A stretch of DNA of 64,000 nucleotides from an uncultured Tenacibaculum sp. (GTDB taxonomy: Bacteria > Bacteroidota > Bacteroidia > Flavobacteriales > Flavobacteriaceae). This document shows positions 60,660-64,000 of this stretch, one piece after another (position 1 is the stretch's first letter; every line of letters starts with the position of its first letter). A program made the position numbers and the translations under genes. The notes below the pieces were generated by a model. That model had not been told where the DNA came from. It saw nothing but the letters and a program-made list of their open reading frames with translations, and did no database searches. The stretch lies in contig CANMJA010000019.1 in assembly GCA_947498055.1 (NCBI GenBank), forward strand, positions 4,524-68,523, given 5' to 3'.

Positions 60660-61175
60660 ACGGGGCTTATTATAACTAAACTACCATCGAATGAAGATCG
60701 ATGAGTTTGGTTGCTCCTAAAGGCGACTAATGATAACAAAAAAAGAAGTTAAAGAGTTAGAGTAATTAAAAAGGAGTTTTTTTACATTTATTAAGGAATT
60801 CTTAGAGTTTTGTGAACTTCCTTTTTATAACTCACTCTAATTGGAATCTCTAATGTACCAATTTCGACATCATTTGTAGTATAAGCAGTAATTTTATCCT
60901 TTGTTAAGATGGTTATCTCTTTAGTATGTATTTGTATATAATCCTTTTTAGAATATGAACATTCTCAGATTCACAAACCTGCTTCAAGATGGTACGACAC
61001 CTTAATTTTTATATCTCCATTCAAAACATCATATCTGTACTTAGTATTCCAAACTATATGAACTGTTAAACGACTTACTGAATGGCTATTGCTTCTTTGA
61101 ATAACTGATATATTATAAATGTAACGAAAGTTTTTAGAAGCTAAAGCGAGATGCACTAAAGTGCACAGTTTTAAC
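60660..61175 (-). mobile_element. Degenerate IS200/IS605-family element
   Basis: tnpA relic flanked by subterminal hairpins (GTGCAC-TAAA-GTGCAC region near 61150-61173; AAACTACCATCGA..TCGATGAGTTT near 60680-60711). Confidence 0.6.
60740..61111 (-). pseudogene. tnpA: IS200/IS605 Y1 transposase pseudogene
   Basis: QRSNSHSVSRLTVHIVWNTKYRYDVLNGDIK, then a frameshift to CRTILKQVCESENVHILK, then eroded KG.SS.KL.EF-like sequence. The start codon is lost. Confidence 0.75.
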
Positions 61176-61203
61176 TATTTTTGAGACCAATAAAAGTACA
61201 GTT

Positions 61204-61353
61204 ATGCCTTTTGGTTTAAAGAATACAAAGGCTAACAACAAAAGTCTAAAAAAATCTTTCAAGAAACATTTAGTTATTTTTCTTGGCGAATTAGATAATG
61301 CAAATGAAAAAGGTGGCAGACTTGGTACATTATTTTTTCTATACAATTATTGA
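61204..61353 (+). pseudogene. Possible truncated gene fragment (MPFGLKNT...VIFLGELDNANEKGG)
   Basis: A 49-codon protein-like frame abutting the IS end; family not confidently assigned. Confidence 0.25.
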
Positions 61354-61459
61354 GTAAATTAATCTTTTAATTAACTTTATAATTGATAAAATTATTAAAA
61401 AAAGCACTATTTTTAGTTCATATTTTATGATACAACTAAACTATATTTAAAAATAAATT

Positions 61460-61804
61460 ATGCCACATTTTATCATTGATTGCTCTGAAAATATTTTAAA
61501 ATTAAAAACACCTCAAGAAATTATACAAAAAGTATATAACACAGCAGAATCAACCAACCTTTTTAAAAAAGAAGATATTAAAGCACGAATTAATTCTTTT
61601 GAGTATTACACTACAGGTAACACTAAAGATGATTTTATACATATTTTCGCCAATATTATGGAAGGACGAACTGTTTCTCAAAAAAAGAATCTTTCAGAAA
61701 AAATTATTACTGAATTAAAGTTACTATTTCCTAATGTTCCCATTATATCAATAAATATTAGAGACTTTGAAAAAGCCACTTATTGTAACAAATCAATGAT
61801 ATAA
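61460..61804 (+). CDS. 5-carboxymethyl-2-hydroxymuconate isomerase (tautomerase) family protein
   Basis: N-terminal MPHFII (catalytic Pro-1), 'DIKAR', FIHIF..IMEGRT. Confidence 0.85.
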   Translation: MPHFIIDCSENILKLKTPQEIIQKVYNTAESTNLFKKEDIKARINSFEYYTTGNTKDDFIHIFANIMEGRTVSQKKNLSEKIITELKLLFPNVPIISINIRDFEKATYCNKSMI

Positions 61805-62061
61805 ACTAAAATACAAGACATTGTAAGAGAGAATTTCGAAAACATTTTATACCGAAATTGCCGATATAATTGAAGCCTTTTTATTTTATAAAATTAAAAA
61901 AATATAACACTCTTGTGAAGTTAAAACCTTTCTTTTTAAATAGAGTAAACTTAATTCATATATAACATCTTATTTTAAAATAAGATAAGAAACCTTGGAT
62001 AGAATTCGAAAATATTTTTAACTATATTTACTTTAAAGGCACATAAAAACCCCCTATAAAA

Positions 62062-62397
62062 ATGAATGAAATTAATTGGAATGATTTTCAAAAAATAGAT
62101 ATGAGAATTGGTACCGTAATATCCGCTGAAAACTTTAAAGAAGCAAAGAAACCTGCTTATAAATTAATAGTAGATTTTGGAGAGTTTGGTAAACGAAAAA
62201 CTTCTGCACAAATAACGAAGCGATACAAACCAGAAAACTTAATAGGTAAGCAAGTTGTTGCTGTTATCAATTTTCCTCCTAAACAAATTGCCAATATAAT
62301 GAGTGAATGTTTAATTTTAGGCGCCGTTGGTAACGATAATGATATTATATTAATTCAACCAGAAAACACTATTGAAAACGGATTAAAAATAGGGTAA
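62062..62397 (+). CDS. csaA: tRNA-binding / chaperone CsaA-family protein
   Basis: DMRIGTV, KPAYKL..DFG, SAQIT, NFPPKQIA...SECLILG. Confidence 0.85.
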   Translation: MNEINWNDFQKIDMRIGTVISAENFKEAKKPAYKLIVDFGEFGKRKTSAQITKRYKPENLIGKQVVAVINFPPKQIANIMSECLILGAVGNDNDIILIQPENTIENGLKIG

Positions 62398-62399
62398 CC

Positions 62400-62717
62400 A
62401 TGATACTAGAAGTTGCAATATTATACATTAAAAAAGGACTTGAAAAGGAATTTGAAAGAGACTTTGAAATTGCAGGAAAATACATAAGCTCTATTAAAGG
62501 ATATAAAGGTCATACCTTAAAAAAATGTATCGAAGAAGATCATAAATATATTTTACTTGTTAACTGGAAAACTTTGGAAGATCATAATATAGGTTTTAGA
62601 AAATCCAAAGAATATTTAATATGGAAAGAATTACTACATCATTATTACGAACCTTTTCCTACTGTTCAACATTATGAAACAGTAATTGAAAACGAAAGTC
62701 TCGTTGAAAATAAGTAA
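62400..62717 (+). CDS. Antibiotic biosynthesis monooxygenase (ABM) family protein
   Basis: MILEVA.L.IK.G.E..FE..F; Y.LLV.W.TLEDH..GFR.S.EY..WK.LLH. Confidence 0.85.
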   Translation: MILEVAILYIKKGLEKEFERDFEIAGKYISSIKGYKGHTLKKCIEEDHKYILLVNWKTLEDHNIGFRKSKEYLIWKELLHHYYEPFPTVQHYETVIENESLVENK

Positions 62718-62937
62718 TATTAGTCTAACTTTCTTTTCGCTATCTTTCTGTTTATTTGTAGTAAATATTACATTCATTTTAAGAATAAAAACGAAAATAA
62801 TTTAGACTAAAATATTTATAAAACCCTAAGCACAGTAGCTACTAAATCTATTTTTAATAAAATTTTTATCCTCTAAAAAAACTACATATATAAGTGTAAC
62901 TTTATGCACTTATATATCATTAAAATAAAAACAGACA

Positions 62938-63513
62938 GTGAAAGAACAAATTTTGAGACAGGTTTACCAACATCCTGAATTATCTGATAGCGATTTGGAA
63001 AAAATTTTTAGTATTCATGAAAAAATTCAATTAAAAAAAGGAGATTTCATTCTAAAAGAAGGGCAAACTGCCAATAATTATATGGTTTTAGAAAAAGGAA
63101 TTATGAGATCTTTTGTATATGATTATAATGGAGATGATATTACAACCAACTTTTTTATTGAAAATGAAATTGTTATTGAAGTTTCTTCTTTATTTCAAAG
63201 AATACCAGCTAAAGAATATATGCAATCGCTAACAGATTGCAGTTGTTATAAAATTGATTTTGATAAATTTCAGGAACTTTTTCATTCTATAGAAAATTTT
63301 AGAGAATGGGGACGTGCTTGGTTATCTAATAGCTTATTTGAATTTAAACAACGATCTGTTTCTATAATTAAAGAAAGTGCTACTGACAGATATTTAACTC
63401 TTCTCAAAAGAAAACCACAAATTATACAACAAGCTCCTTTAAAAAATATTGCCTCATTTTTAGGTGTTACAGATTCTTCTCTTAGTAGAATACGTAAATC
63501 CATTAATTTGTAA
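62938..63513 (+). CDS. Crp/Fnr family transcriptional regulator
   Basis: cNMP-binding domain and C-terminal IASFLGVTDSSLSRIR; GTG start. Confidence 0.9.
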   Translation: MKEQILRQVYQHPELSDSDLEKIFSIHEKIQLKKGDFILKEGQTANNYMVLEKGIMRSFVYDYNGDDITTNFFIENEIVIEVSSLFQRIPAKEYMQSLTDCSCYKIDFDKFQELFHSIENFREWGRAWLSNSLFEFKQRSVSIIKESATDRYLTLLKRKPQIIQQAPLKNIASFLGVTDSSLSRIRKSINL

Positions 63514-63553
63514 TTTCTTGCCATAAGACAAGTTTTCTAATAATAAGTCGTAC

Positions 63554-63561
63554 TAATTTTG
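63554..63561 (+). promoter_or_regulatory. Bacteroidota -7 promoter element for the 63593 gene
   Basis: TAATTTTG fits TAnnTTTG and lies ~30 nt before the ATG. Confidence 0.45.
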
Positions 63562-63592
63562 AGGTACTATTAATATTTAAAACAAGTTTATT

Positions 63593-63940
63593 ATGGCAAA
63601 TTTACAAGAATTCATGTTTATCTTCAGATACGAACCAACTGAAAATCAACAACCAAATAAAGAAGAGTTAGCACAAGAAGCAAATGAATGGGGTAAATTT
63701 ATCGGAGGAATTGCTTCTCAAGCAAAATTAGTTAGTGTATATCAATTAGGTTTTGATGCAGTGCAAATTTCTTCTGATGAAACAGAAAATGAAGGAATAT
63801 ATATTTCTGATAAAAAAACAGTTGGTGGAACAATGGTAGTAAAAGCAACAAGTATTGAAGAGGCTACCACATTATCTAAACAATGTCCTATCTTAAAAAT
63901 TGGTGGTACTATCGAGGTTCGTTCTATTATACCAATGTAA
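63593..63940 (+). CDS. YciI/DGPF-like protein
   Basis: FMFIFR, W..FI, VGG.MVVKA.S.EEA....K.CP.L..GG.IEVR. Confidence 0.8.
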   Translation: MANLQEFMFIFRYEPTENQQPNKEELAQEANEWGKFIGGIASQAKLVSVYQLGFDAVQISSDETENEGIYISDKKTVGGTMVVKATSIEEATTLSKQCPILKIGGTIEVRSIIPM

Positions 63941-63958
63941 TTTAAACTTAATTTTAAA

Positions 63959-64000
63959 ATGAAAAAAATGATTTTTTTAACCATAGGAACAGCCATTTTA
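63959..64000 (+). CDS. Start of a probable secreted protein, truncated by the window end
   Basis: MKKMIFLTIGTAIL; signal-peptide-like, with an AT-rich translation initiation region. Confidence 0.5.
   Translation, partial: MKKMIFLTIGTAIL

Noticed and set aside
61134-61346. 70-aa minus-strand ORF, and the N-terminal extension of the 60971-61156 ORF
   Set aside because: They run through IS end sequence; only the internal tnpA-like segment is credible.
61829-62021. Repeated GAATT(T)CGAAAA(C/T)ATTTT motif at ~61829 and ~62000
   Set aside because: Only two short AT-rich copies; cannot be distinguished from chance by eye.
1-64000. rRNA, tRNA, prophage or integrase genes
   Set aside because: None recognised in the window.

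Overview
AT-rich chromosomal window, most likely from a marine Flavobacteriaceae (Tenacibaculum/Polaribacter-like). This is inferred from a T9SS C-terminal domain, a SusC/SusD PUL and TAnnTTTG promoters. Left to right it contains: (1) the 3' end of a flotillin/SPFH gene and a 1617-aa AAA ATPase, separated by five tandem ~145-bp hairpin-type repeat units, a GIY-YIG nuclease gene and a sixth unit; (2) nested inverted-repeat elements around a GC-rich structured segment with a possible pseudoknot; (3) accessory genes (EndoV family, lipoproteins, OmpA family); (4) a tightly coupled 26-kb, six-gene minus-strand operon (11685-38012) encoding a large beta-rich secreted protein, an FN3 protein, a SprB-repeat T9SS cargo, a PKD lipoprotein, a 3486-aa protein and an outer-membrane barrel; (5) a laminarin-type PUL; (6) the ilvDBN-(methyltransferase)-ilvC-ilvA cluster, preceded by two back-to-back Ile-rich leader-peptide attenuators; (7) Crp/Fnr modules, an IS200/IS605 relic and small genes. 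The strongest candidate for an undescribed system is the six-gene operon. Its 3486-aa protein ends in an array of putative effector modules (ParB-like x2, His/Cys protease-like x2, an unnamed GNAT-like domain x3, and a terminal R-S-E ADP-ribosyltransferase), with no T9SS CTD of its own and no adjacent immunity gene. All domain calls come from motif recognition by eye; no database searches were run.
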